A DNA stretch of 64,000 nucleotides, taken from positions 174,143-238,142 of the forward strand of contig CAWAPZ010000003.1 of assembly GCA_963784045.1 (NCBI GenBank), written 5' to 3'. Origin of the DNA: Vicinamibacterales bacterium (GTDB lineage Bacteria; Acidobacteriota; Vicinamibacteria; Vicinamibacterales; JAMQPK01). The notes beneath the pieces were generated by a model that saw nothing but the letters and a program-made list of their open reading frames with translations, ran no database searches and had not been told where the DNA came from. Made by a program: the position numbers and the translations under genes. Shown piece by piece: positions 28,759 to 40,137 of the stretch; the stretch's first letter is position 1, and every line of letters starts with the position of its first letter.

Positions 28759-30717
28759 GTGCGTCACGTGCGTTCGGTGAGACACGCGCGATGGCTGCCG
28801 GCGTTCGTCCTCGTCGCAGGTGCTCTGACGGTCGCACTTGCGCAGGACGCGCCGAAGCGCCGCAACGCGATTATCTTCGTCGCCGACGGCCTTCGCCACG
28901 GTTCGGTCAACCCCATCGATACACCGGCGCTCTACAGCGTCCGAGCCGAAGGTGTGTACTTCGCCAACAGCCACTCCGTGTTTCCCACGCAGACGATGCC
29001 GAACGCCGCCGCGATTGCCACCGGACATTACCCGGGCGACACGGGGCAGTTCGCGAACCTGCCTTATATCGGCTATCCCCTGTTTCTGACCGGGAACTTC
29101 GGCCAGCGTGCCGGCACAATGGCCCCCGACGTCGAAGATCCGTTCGTACTCTCGGACCTCAACGGCTACTACGGCGGCAACTACTTGCGCGAAGCATCGC
29201 TTCTCGCGTTTGCGCGTTCCTACGGATACAACACGGCCGCTCTCGGAAAGACCGGGCCTGCCGCAGCGCAGGATGTGACGGAAGTGGCCTCGATTCGAGG
29301 AGCGATGCGGGAACCGGTCACGATCATTCTCGAAGGGTCGACAGGTACGCCGCGCACAGTGCCGCTTGCGCCGCAGACGATTGCACTGCTGAAAGCCGCC
29401 GGCCTGCCACCGATGCCGCCGCCGCGAAGTCAGTCGGCAGGCACGAACACCGTGCCCGGAACCCTTGGCGCGAACGTCGAGCACCAGCAGTGGTTCGTCG
29501 ACGCCGCCACCAGGGCTATTTTACCGGCGTTCGCGAAGAGCGCCGAGCCATTCGTGCTCGTGTACTGGTCGGGCGATCCTGATTTGACCCAACACGCGCA
29601 GGGCGATAGCCTGAATCGCCTGACGCCGGGGATCAACGGGCCGACGTCGAAGGCGGCCATCCAGAACGCCGATCGGAACCTGAAGCAGATCCTCGATTAT
29701 CTCGACGCGAATCCAGACGTCCGCGACAACACGAACGTGTTCGTCACGTCCGATCATGGATTTTCTACCGTCAGCCGCCGCGATATCGACGCCTCCGCAC
29801 AGGCGACACGAAGCTATTCGGCGACCCTTCGGTACAAAGACGCCGACGATCGGCTGGAAGTGAATGAGGGATTTCTTCCACCTGGCTTTCTCGCAATCGA
29901 TCTCGCGCGTGCGCTCGAGTTGCCGCTCTACGATCCCGCCGAGCAGATTCCAGACGAACACGGCGCGATGCGCTACGCAAGAGTCGACCCCGCCATCGCG
30001 CAGCCGACGGCGACCGTTCGGCAACGCCCCAGTGGCGCGACGGCGTTGATTGGCGGAACGGGTCGGATTGGCATGCCCGTCGACGCGAAGGTCGTGGTCG
30101 CACAGGCGTCGATCCATGTGCCTAGCGGCGATCGCGCGCTCGTGCAGCGCATTGTGCGATTCCTCGCCGCGCAGGACTATGTCGGCGGCCTGTTTGTGAA
30201 CGATCGCCTCGGTAAACCGCCCGGCACTCTGCGCATGAGCGATGTCGGTCTCATGGGAGGCGCGACCATGCCTAAGCCGGCCGTGGTCGTCAATTTCAAG
30301 AGTTTCCCGCTCGATCCGAACAACCCCCACATGACCGGCATCGTGGTCGGAGGCACGCGCCAGCACGGGCAAGGGGAACACGGAACGCTCTCGCGTGCCA
30401 ACACGTTCAACAACATGGCGGCCATTGGCCCGGACTTCAAGAAACGATTTGTGAGTCAGACGCCGGTCAGCAACGCTGACGTGCAACCGACGCTTGCTCA
30501 CGTCATGAAGATGAGGATTCCCAGCCTCGGGGCGCTTCGAGGCCGCGTCATTACCGAAGCGCTTGTTGGAGGACCCACGGCCGCGCGTGTCGTGCGCGAA
30601 GTGGCGCGATCGCGTCCGGCGTCGAATGGGTATTCAACTGTGCTGATGTATCAAGTCGCCGAGCGTCGGTTGTATCTCGACGAAGCGTGCTTCACGACAA
30701 GCCGCACCTGCGAGTGA
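28759..30717 (+). CDS. Secreted alkaline-phosphatase-superfamily protein (nucleotide pyrophosphatase/phosphodiesterase-like)
   Basis: Signal peptide. Metal-site context IIFVADGLRHG and FPTQTMPNAAAIATGHYPGDTG, later VTSDHGF. Confidence 0.7.
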   Translation: MRHVRSVRHARWLPAFVLVAGALTVALAQDAPKRRNAIIFVADGLRHGSVNPIDTPALYSVRAEGVYFANSHSVFPTQTMPNAAAIATGHYPGDTGQFANLPYIGYPLFLTGNFGQRAGTMAPDVEDPFVLSDLNGYYGGNYLREASLLAFARSYGYNTAALGKTGPAAAQDVTEVASIRGAMREPVTIILEGSTGTPRTVPLAPQTIALLKAAGLPPMPPPRSQSAGTNTVPGTLGANVEHQQWFVDAATRAILPAFAKSAEPFVLVYWSGDPDLTQHAQGDSLNRLTPGINGPTSKAAIQNADRNLKQILDYLDANPDVRDNTNVFVTSDHGFSTVSRRDIDASAQATRSYSATLRYKDADDRLEVNEGFLPPGFLAIDLARALELPLYDPAEQIPDEHGAMRYARVDPAIAQPTATVRQRPSGATALIGGTGRIGMPVDAKVVVAQASIHVPSGDRALVQRIVRFLAAQDYVGGLFVNDRLGKPPGTLRMSDVGLMGGATMPKPAVVVNFKSFPLDPNNPHMTGIVVGGTRQHGQGEHGTLSRANTFNNMAAIGPDFKKRFVSQTPVSNADVQPTLAHVMKMRIPSLGALRGRVITEALVGGPTAARVVREVARSRPASNGYSTVLMYQVAERRLYLDEACFTTSRTCE

Positions 30718-30740
30718 GGCTCGATGCCGGAACGGTGTCT

Positions 30741-30772
30741 CACCGCAAACGACGCTACGACACGGCGTGAAG
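30741..30772 (+). repeat. Head-only relative of the element (CACCGCAAACGACGCTACGACACGGCGTGAAG)
   Basis: Lies 23 nt after the phosphatase-family gene stop. A partially complementary relative on the minus strand lies at 30795-30822. Confidence 0.45.
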
Positions 30773-30828
30773 TTTCTTTATAGAAGATCGTATCGTTGCG
30801 TCTTCGCGCCGTATCGGCGGATGACGTG

Positions 30829-31992
30829 TTATGAACCGAGTATGTGTTTCGCGATCGTCTGCAGCTGCAGGTTGGATGTGCCTTCATAGATCTGGCCGAT
30901 CTTGGCGTCGCGGTAGAGCTTCTCTACCGGGTAGTCTTTCACGTACCCGTAACCGCCGAACAACTGGACAGCCAGTGATGTGACATGTTCCGCCGCGTTG
31001 GCGGAGAACAGCTTGCACATCGCCGCGGCGCTGATGAATGGCTCGCCGGCGTCGCGGAGGCGTGCGGCGTTGTACACGAGCAGGCGTGCCGCGGCCAGTT
31101 CTGTCGCCACGTGCGCGATCTGGAACTGCACGCCCTGGAAATCGGCGAGCGCCTTGCCGAATTGTTTTCGCTCTTTGGTGTAGGCCACGGCGTGATCCAG
31201 CGCGCCTTGCGCGAGGCCAATCATCTGGGCGCCGATACCGATCCGCCCCTCGTTGAGCGTTTCAATGGCGACCTTGTAGCCGCGGCCGACGTCGCCGAGC
31301 ACGTTGGCGCGCGGCACCCGGCAATCCTCCAGCAGCAGCTCGCACGTGCTGCTCGCGCGAATGCCGAGCTTGTCCTCCTTCTTGCCGACGGCGAACCCGG
31401 CGAAGCCTCGCTCGATGAGGAAGGCGGTGATCCCCCGATAACCGGCGTCCGGGTCGACATTGGCAAAGACGACGAAGAGGTCGGCTTCGTTCGCGTTGGT
31501 GATCCAGAGCTTCCGGCCGGTCAGGACGAAATCGTCACCCGATTCCACGGCGCGCGTCGTCAACGCGAAGGCATCGCTGCCCGACCCGGCTTCCGAGAGC
31601 GCGTACGCGCCCACGGTATTCGCCGCCAGGCGCGGCAGGTATAGATCCCGCTGGTCGTTCGAGCCCCAGCGCAGCAGCGCGTTGATGACCAGAGTGTTCT
31701 GCACATCCACCAGAACTCCCACGGAAGGGTCGACAGAGGATAGAGCCTCGACCGCGAGCACTGAATGAAAGAACGTCCCGCCTGCGCCGCCATGGGTATC
31801 GGGGATTTCGATGCCCATTAGGCCCATGTGGAACAGCCGATCGATGAAGGAGCGCGGCATTTTGGCCAGATCGTCCATTTGCCGGACGATCGGCGTGATT
31901 TCACGCGCGGCGAACTCCCGGACGCTCTCCCGGAACAGCGATTCGTCTTCCGACAGGCGGGTCAGTGGAAGTGGACTTCCAGCTTTTTCCAC
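30829..31992 (-). CDS. Acyl-CoA dehydrogenase (short/branched-chain type)
   Basis: 387 aa, collinear ACAD. Ends with YRDAKIGQIYEGTSNLQLQTIAK. Confidence 0.92.
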   Translation of the reverse strand: MEKAGSPLPLTRLSEDESLFRESVREFAAREITPIVRQMDDLAKMPRSFIDRLFHMGLMGIEIPDTHGGAGGTFFHSVLAVEALSSVDPSVGVLVDVQNTLVINALLRWGSNDQRDLYLPRLAANTVGAYALSEAGSGSDAFALTTRAVESGDDFVLTGRKLWITNANEADLFVVFANVDPDAGYRGITAFLIERGFAGFAVGKKEDKLGIRASSTCELLLEDCRVPRANVLGDVGRGYKVAIETLNEGRIGIGAQMIGLAQGALDHAVAYTKERKQFGKALADFQGVQFQIAHVATELAAARLLVYNAARLRDAGEPFISAAAMCKLFSANAAEHVTSLAVQLFGGYGYVKDYPVEKLYRDAKIGQIYEGTSNLQLQTIAKHILGS

Positions 31993-32020
31993 GGCGCGGG
32001 AATGTTATCATTCGGGAGTC

Positions 32021-34105
32021 ATGTCAAAGGGGCGCGTTCGCCTCGCCTACAGCCTGCTCGCGGCCGTGTTCGCCGCCCCGCTAGCGCTCGGCGTCAAGGC
32101 GCAGGATGCGCAGGCCCCGCCTGCGCCTGCGCAGCAACCGGCACCCGCACCTGCCGCGCCCGCGGATCAACAGACTCCGGTCTTCCGCTCTGACATCAAC
32201 TTCGTCCGCGTGGACGTCATCGTGACCGACCGGCAAGGCAACCCCGTCCACGATTTGAAGCAGACAGACTTCGAAGTCACGGAGGACGGGAAACCGCAGG
32301 CGATCCAGACCTTCAAGCTCATCAACGTGTCCGAGGACACCGGCGTCGGCACCGATCCGCCGCGCGAAGTACGGAACCCGATCGACGAGCAGACGGAAGC
32401 GGCGCGCGACGACGTGCGGCTGTTTGCGATTTTTCTGGACGACTACCACGTGCGCCTCGAAAACAGCATGCGCGCGCGCGAGATCCTCGCGCGGTTTGCC
32501 GAGGACTCGTTCAACCCGAAGGATATCGTGAGCATCATGTATCCGTTGTGGTCGATCAACGACGTGCTGCTCACACGGAACCGCAAGGCGCTCGCCACCG
32601 CTCTCCGCGAGTTTACCGGGCGGAAGTACGATTACACGCCGCGGAACGCTTTCGAAGAACGCTACGTCCACTACGTCTCCACGATCGAGGCTGAGCGCAT
32701 CCGGAATCAGGTGACGCTGACGGCGATCAAGGGCCTGATTATCAAATTGGGCGGGCTGGGCGAAAGACGCAAGGCGATCGTGCTCGTCAGCGAGGGCTTC
32801 ACGAATGTGTTGCCCGTGCAGGTGAACGATCAGATTGCGACTTGCAACGGCGGCGCGTGCGGCAACCAGCCCAGGCCGCGGAGCGATCCGATTGGCGGCG
32901 CGAATTCGCCGGCGCAGCAACGGCTGGAATCTCAGGAGTTCTTCCTGCAGTCAGAGATGATGTCGGACATCAAGATGGTGACCGACCTCGCGAACCGGTA
33001 CAACTGCGCGATTTACAGCCTGGACCCGCGCGGTCTCGCGCCGTTCGAGTTCGACCTCAGCACCGCCGGGCAGGCAGCCGTCAGCCTGACCAGGGACCAG
33101 CAGATGCTCAACACCACGATCGATACGCTCCGGGTTCTCTCGGACGAAACGGACGGCCGCGCTATCGTTAACAGCAACGACCTCGATCGCGGGTTGAAGC
33201 AGATTATCCGCGACACGAGCGCCTATTACCTGCTCGGCTACACGTCGGCGGTGACCACGGACGGCAAGTTCCATAAGCTCAACGTGCGCGTCAAACGGCC
33301 CGGACTGCAGGTGCGTTCGCGTCCCGGTTACATGGCGATGAGCGCGACCGAAGTGGAACGGGCCCTCGCGCCGAAGAAAGCGGGACCGCCTCCAGCCATC
33401 ACCGAAGCGCTCGGGACGCTGGCCGTCAGCGCGCAGCAGCGGCGCAATCCGATCCGCACCTGGCTTGGCATGTCGCCGGGCAGTGACGGCAAGACAAAGA
33501 TCACCTTCGTGTGGAATCCAATGCCGGCGGTTCCGGGCACGCGACGCGAAGTGGCCGCCACTGTTTCGCTGCTTGCGGGTGGCCCGAACTCGGATCTGTA
33601 CCATCGCGAAAAAGCCATCAGGCCGGGACGGGTCGAGTTCGAGGTGCCGCCGGGACCAATGGAGCTGGAGATCGGCGCGGTCGATGCGGCGGGCGAGGTC
33701 CTCGATCGCGAAATACGCAAGCTCGTCGTGCCGAGCATGGGCCTGGGCTTGACAGTGAGCACGCCCGAGGTCTTTCGCGGGCGAACGTTGCCGGAGTGGC
33801 AGACGCTCTCTACCGATCCCCGGGCGCTCCCGGTCATCGAGCGCGAGTTCCGCCGTACTGATCGGCTTCTCGTTCGTGTCGGGGCGCAAAGCGCCGGCGG
33901 CACACCCGCTCTCTCCGCGAGGATGCTCAACCGCGAGGGTGGGGAGATGTTGGTCCTGACAGTCACTCCCACCGGGTTCGGCGGCCTGAGTCAGATCGAC
34001 GTTCCACTTTCCGCCCTTCCACCGGGCGAGTTCCTGATCGAAGTCATCGCCAAAGAGGGCGCAGAGCAGACTTCGGCGCTGATTGCGTTCCGAGTGACCC
34101 CGTGA
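32021..34105 (+). CDS. VWA-domain protein of the VWFA-related Acidobacterial type
   Basis: ATG 32021 after GGGAG. Signal peptide, then FRSDINFVRVDVIVTDRQGNPVHDLKQTDFEVTEDGKPQ, then a VWA core. The upstream ORF extension overlaps the ACAD gene. Confidence 0.8.
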   Translation: MSKGRVRLAYSLLAAVFAAPLALGVKAQDAQAPPAPAQQPAPAPAAPADQQTPVFRSDINFVRVDVIVTDRQGNPVHDLKQTDFEVTEDGKPQAIQTFKLINVSEDTGVGTDPPREVRNPIDEQTEAARDDVRLFAIFLDDYHVRLENSMRAREILARFAEDSFNPKDIVSIMYPLWSINDVLLTRNRKALATALREFTGRKYDYTPRNAFEERYVHYVSTIEAERIRNQVTLTAIKGLIIKLGGLGERRKAIVLVSEGFTNVLPVQVNDQIATCNGGACGNQPRPRSDPIGGANSPAQQRLESQEFFLQSEMMSDIKMVTDLANRYNCAIYSLDPRGLAPFEFDLSTAGQAAVSLTRDQQMLNTTIDTLRVLSDETDGRAIVNSNDLDRGLKQIIRDTSAYYLLGYTSAVTTDGKFHKLNVRVKRPGLQVRSRPGYMAMSATEVERALAPKKAGPPPAITEALGTLAVSAQQRRNPIRTWLGMSPGSDGKTKITFVWNPMPAVPGTRREVAATVSLLAGGPNSDLYHREKAIRPGRVEFEVPPGPMELEIGAVDAAGEVLDREIRKLVVPSMGLGLTVSTPEVFRGRTLPEWQTLSTDPRALPVIEREFRRTDRLLVRVGAQSAGGTPALSARMLNREGGEMLVLTVTPTGFGGLSQIDVPLSALPPGEFLIEVIAKEGAEQTSALIAFRVTP

Positions 34106-34989
34106 TGAGCCGGTTCGCGTGGACGTGTCGCGTCCGCGCAACTGTACGGCGCAGCAAACCTTCAATTCGCTGGAAAGCTGTCCTCATCGCCGGACTCACG
34201 CTGGTCTGCGTGGCAGCGGCGGACGCGCAGTGGCGCGGGCGTTATCGCGAAGGGTCGTTTGCTGCGCGGTACGCTCCCGCCCGCATGCCGGACGGAGACT
34301 TCACCGTATGCCGGCTCGAGTACACCAGGGTGGTCATCGAGGACATGGGCGTCGGATGGCAGACCGACTACCCGTTTTCCGAGCGGAACCTCATGACCCG
34401 CCTCTCCGAGCTGACCAAGACGCCGATCAGCCGCGACTCGCGTAAGGAGCCGAACACCTGGGTCGTGCGCGCCACTGATCCGCAGCTGTTCAACTGTCCC
34501 TACGTTGTTGCTTCGGACGCCGGCACGATCGGCCTGGCCCCGGAAGAAGTCCTCGGTCTTCGGGATTACCTGTTGAAGGGTGGGTTTCTGTGGGTCGACG
34601 ACTTCTGGGGAACGGCCGCGTGGGAGCAGTGGTCTGGCGAAATCAGCCGTGTGCTGCCCTCGTCAGAATATCCGATTAAAGACGTGCCGTTGACCGATCC
34701 GCTTCTTCGGACGCTGTATCCCGTCACGCAGATTCCGCAGATCACCAACATCCAGTTCTGGCGCAGCTTCCAGGGACGGGTCACGTCGGAGCGCGGCCGC
34801 GACAGCGAGGAAGCCCACCTCCGCGCCATTCGCGATCGGCACGGTCGCATTATGGTGCTGATGACCCACAATACCGACGTTGCCGATTCATGGGAGCGCG
34901 AAGGCGAGGATCCGGGTTTCTTCTATCAGTTCTCACCGAACGGCTACGCACTCGGTGTCGATGTGCTCCTCCACGCGATGACGCACTAA
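34102..34989 (+). CDS. DUF4159-like protein
   Basis: Motifs GWQTDYPFSERNL and GGFLWVDDFWG recalled as DUF4159. Start overlaps the VWA stop. Confidence 0.7.
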   Translation: MMSRFAWTCRVRATVRRSKPSIRWKAVLIAGLTLVCVAAADAQWRGRYREGSFAARYAPARMPDGDFTVCRLEYTRVVIEDMGVGWQTDYPFSERNLMTRLSELTKTPISRDSRKEPNTWVVRATDPQLFNCPYVVASDAGTIGLAPEEVLGLRDYLLKGGFLWVDDFWGTAAWEQWSGEISRVLPSSEYPIKDVPLTDPLLRTLYPVTQIPQITNIQFWRSFQGRVTSERGRDSEEAHLRAIRDRHGRIMVLMTHNTDVADSWEREGEDPGFFYQFSPNGYALGVDVLLHAMTH

Positions 34990-34990
34990 T

Positions 34991-35067
34991 CTGAACCTGG
35001 AATCTAGAAACTAGAATTTGGGAACTAGAATCTAGAAACTGAAATCTGGGAACGGAATCCAAAAACA
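34991..35067. repeat. 7-bp tandem array, 11 units: CTGAACC TGGAATC TAGAAAC TAGAATT TGGGAAC TAGAATC TAGAAAC TGAAATC TGGGAAC GGAATCC AAAAACA
   Basis: Read directly. Begins 1 nt after the DUF4159 gene stop. Confidence 0.92.
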
Positions 35068-35300
35068 GGCAACTCGATCCTCGCTACCGGCTACAAGCTA
35101 CCAGCTGGTGTACACTATAAGGACCGCTCAGAAGAGCGCGTGGAAAGGCCGCTAAGCCATTGCCTGAGGAGTCAATCTGCCTTTGCGGTGAAGCCGCTAC
35201 GGCGCGATGGGCGGAAGGGCGCGAACTGAATAGGCCGCGGCCGGGAGGTGCTCAAACGCATGGCTAAATCTACGGTGATTCGCAAGTAGCACGTCTTCAG

Positions 35301-35340
35301 CAGCCCGTCGCACTTCGTGCGGCGGGCTGTTGTCGTTGTG
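35301..35340 (+). terminator. Terminator-like hairpin plus U-rich tail, 6 nt before the mutase ATG
   Basis: 12-bp stem CAGCCCGTCGCA / TGCGGCGGGCTG with one G-U pair and a 5-nt loop, followed by TTGTCGTTGTG. Confidence 0.45.
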
Positions 35341-35345
35341 AGCAC

Positions 35346-36979
<1,634 letters not shown>

Positions 36980-36983
<4 letters not shown>

Positions 36984-37035
36984 ACCTGGAATCTAGAATC
37001 TAGAATCTAGAATCTGGAATCTAAAATCTAGAACT
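36980..37035. repeat. 7-bp tandem array, 8 units: CTGAACC TGGAATC TAGAATC x3 TGGAATC TAAAATC TAGAACT
   Basis: Read directly. Occupies the whole spacer between the two mutase subunit genes. Confidence 0.95.
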
Positions 37036-37037
37036 GA

Positions 37038-37460
37038 ATGAAAAAAATCCGAGTTGTCATCGCCAAACCCGGGCTCGATGGGCACGACCGTGGGGCCAAG
37101 GTGATTGCGCGGGCGCTGCGGGACGCGGGCATGGAGGTGATCTACACGGGCCTCCGCCAGACGCCCGAGCAGATTGTCGCGGCGGCCCTGCAGGAGGATG
37201 CCGATGTCATCGGGCTGTCGATCCTGTCGGGCGCGCACAACTCGATTTGCCCCAGGTTGATGGATTTGCTCCGGGATAAAGGGCTGACGGATATGCTCGT
37301 CGTATTGGGGGGCATCATTCCGGACGCCGATCTGCCTGCCCTGAAAGCGATGGGTGTCGCCGGAGTGTTCCGCCCCGGTACGTCCATGCAGGATATCGTC
37401 GATTTCCTCACCTCCCGCCTTGGCGGCGACCGGCCAGGCCCGAGCGCGGCATCGAGTTGA
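37038..37460 (+). CDS. Acyl-CoA mutase small subunit (cobalamin-binding domain)
   Basis: 140 aa. DxHxxG motif [11 protein letters not shown] and a Rossmann-like B12-binding fold. Confidence 0.9.
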   Translation: MKKIRVVIAKPGLDGHDRGAKVIARALRDAGMEVIYTGLRQTPEQIVAAALQEDADVIGLSILSGAHNSICPRLMDLLRDKGLTDMLVVLGGIIPDADLPALKAMGVAGVFRPGTSMQDIVDFLTSRLGGDRPGPSAASS

Positions 37461-37554
37461 CGTTCGCCGACGAAGACATCGATGTGACCACGGTTGGAGA
37501 CGGACAGCTCGCAATCGAACGCCTCGATACGGATCCGCGGTACCATTGTGCGCA

Positions 37555-40137
37555 ATGGATCACAGTGTAACGTCGCGCGTTCCCGAAAAGCCTGCGCTCG
37601 AGGGACTCGAGCCGAAGTGGCAGGAGCGTTGGGAGAACGGTGGCACGTATCGTTTCGATCGCACCAAATCGCGCGACCAGATTTTTTCTATCGACACGCC
37701 GCCGCCGACGGTCAGTGGCTCACTGCATATCGGCCACGTGTTTTCATACACACATACTGACGTCATCGCGCGGTTTCAACGGATGCGCGGGCGCGAAGTG
37801 TTCTATCCCATGGGATGGGACGATAACGGGCTGCCGACCGAGCGTCGTGTGCAGAACTACTACGGTGTGCGCTGCGATCCGTCGCTGCCGTACGAGCCGA
37901 ATTTCCAGCCGCCGCCGGAACCGCCGAAGCAGCCGATCTCGATCTCGCGTCCCAACTTTGTCGAGCTCTGCCTCAAGCTGACGAAGGAAGACGAGCAGGC
38001 ATTCGAACACCTGTGGCGCTACCTTGGCTTATCTGTCGACTGGTCGATGACCTACGCGACGATCGACAGGCGATCGCAGCTCGCGTCGCAGACCGGCTTT
38101 CTGCACCTGCTCGAGCGGGGCCTGGCATACCAGCTCCAGGCACCCACACTGTGGGACGTGGACTTTCGCACGGCTGTGGCCCAGGCGGAGCTCGAGGATC
38201 GCGAGCGCGAAGGTGCCTACCACCGTCTGCGGTTCGACCGGCCCGATGGTGGCGCGGTCGAGATCGAGACGACGCGGCCCGAGATGCTTCCCGCCTGCGT
38301 CGCGCTGGTGGCGCACCCGGAGGACGAGCGCTACAAACCCCTGTTCGGCAAGGACGTGCTGACTCCGTTGTTCCGCGCGCGTGTCCCGGTGAGAGCCCAC
38401 GGGCTCGCCGACCCCGAAAAGGGCAGCGGCATCGCGATGATCTGTACCTTCGGCGACATCACCGACGTCACCTGGTGGCGCGAGCTGTCGCTGCCGGTTC
38501 GCGCGGTGATTCAGCCGAACGGCACGCTGCGTCGCGTCATGTGGGGCGAAGCCGGGTGGGAGTCACAGGACCCCGCAGCGGCTCAGCTCGCGTACGACCA
38601 GATCGCCGGCCAGTCGATCAACAAGGCGCGCTCGAAGGTGGTCGAGCTGCTGCGCGAGAGCGGATCAATGATCGGCGAGCCGCGGCGGATCATGCACAAC
38701 GTCAAGTTTTACGAGAAGGGCGATCGTCCGCTCGAGATCGTGACGAGCCGGCAGTGGTTCTTCAAGACGCTGGAACTCCGATCGGCGTTGATCGAGCGGG
38801 GCCGTCAGATCGCGTGGCATCCCGAATACATGCGGGTGCGCTTCGAGAACTGGGTCAACGGCTTGAACGGCGACTGGTGCGTCAGCCGCCAGCGGTTCTT
38901 CGGCGTGCCGATCCCGCTCTGGTATCCGATCGGCACGGAGGGCGGCGTGGACTATTCACGCCCGCTCGTGCCGGATGAATCGCGGCTTCCGATCGATCCG
39001 TCCACTGACGTGCCGGACGGGTATCGAGCCGAGCAACGAGGCCAGCCGAATGGCTTTGCGGGAGATCCCGACATCATGGACACGTGGGCGACTTCGTCCA
39101 TGACGCCGCAGATCGTGTCACGCTGGCGTGAAGATCCTGAGCTGTTCGCGCGTGTATTTCCGATGGATTTAAGGCCGCAAGCGCACGACATCATCCGCAC
39201 GTGGCTGTTCACGAGCGTGCTTCGCGCGCATCTCGAGCACGACAGCCTTCCGTGGTCCCACGCGGCGATCTCCGGATTCGTGACCGATCCCGACCGCAAG
39301 AAGATGTCGAAATCGAAAGGGAACGTTGTCACGCCGTTCGCGCTGCTCGAGGAGCACGGCTCCGACGGCGTGCGTTACTGGGCGACGCGAGGCGGTCCCG
39401 GGGTCGACACCATGTTCGACGCGGCACAGATGAAGGTGGGCAGGCGTCTGGCCATCAAGCTGCTGAACGCATCGAAATTCATCCTGTCGTCCCTCGACGA
39501 AGGCTCAGATCCGCATGGACCGATCACGGCCGCAGTCGACCGGGCGATGTTGGGCAGCCTCGCGAGCCTGGTGCGCGAGGCGACGCAGGCGCTTGAGGGC
39601 TACGAGTACGGGCGGGCAATCGAACTGATTGAGCGCGAGTTCTGGGGCTTCTGCGACGATTATCTCGAGTTCGTCAAGGGCCGTCGGTACGGAGAGCAGG
39701 GACCCGAAGGGGCCGGGTCGGCGAACAGTGCGCTCGTCGCAGCGTTGTCTGTGTACTTGCGACTGTTCGCGCCGTATCTTCCGTTTGCGACCGAAGAAGT
39801 CTGGTCGTGGTGGAAGGACGGGTCTGTCCATCGTGCGTCGTGGCCCTCGGACGATGAGCTGGCGCCGCTGGTCCGCGGCCTCAGCGACGATGATCAGCAG
39901 AAGTGGAGCTATGCCCGCGAGGTGATAGGGGAGGTACGCAAACGTCGCTCCGAGGCCAAACAGCCGTTGAAAGTGCCGATTGTCTGCGCAGTCATTGCAG
40001 ACGCTTCGGTGCGTCTTGCGCACCTCGATGCGATCGAAGCCGATCTGCGCGCAGCGGTGCGCATCGAGACTATCGAGCGAAAAAGCGCCGACGCTCTTTC
40101 CGTCGAGGTGCAGTTTGGCGCCGCCCCGCAGGCTTGA
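37555..40137 (+). CDS. valS: Valine--tRNA ligase (short actinobacterial/archaeal-like form)
   Basis: ATG 37555 gives MDHSVTSRVPEKPALEGLEPKWQERW. HIGH motif SLHIGHV and KMSKS motif KKMSKSKGN. Confidence 0.93.
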   Translation: MDHSVTSRVPEKPALEGLEPKWQERWENGGTYRFDRTKSRDQIFSIDTPPPTVSGSLHIGHVFSYTHTDVIARFQRMRGREVFYPMGWDDNGLPTERRVQNYYGVRCDPSLPYEPNFQPPPEPPKQPISISRPNFVELCLKLTKEDEQAFEHLWRYLGLSVDWSMTYATIDRRSQLASQTGFLHLLERGLAYQLQAPTLWDVDFRTAVAQAELEDREREGAYHRLRFDRPDGGAVEIETTRPEMLPACVALVAHPEDERYKPLFGKDVLTPLFRARVPVRAHGLADPEKGSGIAMICTFGDITDVTWWRELSLPVRAVIQPNGTLRRVMWGEAGWESQDPAAAQLAYDQIAGQSINKARSKVVELLRESGSMIGEPRRIMHNVKFYEKGDRPLEIVTSRQWFFKTLELRSALIERGRQIAWHPEYMRVRFENWVNGLNGDWCVSRQRFFGVPIPLWYPIGTEGGVDYSRPLVPDESRLPIDPSTDVPDGYRAEQRGQPNGFAGDPDIMDTWATSSMTPQIVSRWREDPELFARVFPMDLRPQAHDIIRTWLFTSVLRAHLEHDSLPWSHAAISGFVTDPDRKKMSKSKGNVVTPFALLEEHGSDGVRYWATRGGPGVDTMFDAAQMKVGRRLAIKLLNASKFILSSLDEGSDPHGPITAAVDRAMLGSLASLVREATQALEGYEYGRAIELIEREFWGFCDDYLEFVKGRRYGEQGPEGAGSANSALVAALSVYLRLFAPYLPFATEEVWSWWKDGSVHRASWPSDDELAPLVRGLSDDDQQKWSYAREVIGEVRKRRSEAKQPLKVPIVCAVIADASVRLAHLDAIEADLRAAVRIETIERKSADALSVEVQFGAAPQA

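Noticed and set aside
37457-37570. Short frame reading [37 protein letters not shown] between the mutase small subunit and valS; it resembles a receiver-domain fragment
   Set aside because: It is only 37 codons, has no start context, overlaps the valS start, and the similarity is impressionistic. It is probably chance or at most an ancient remnant.
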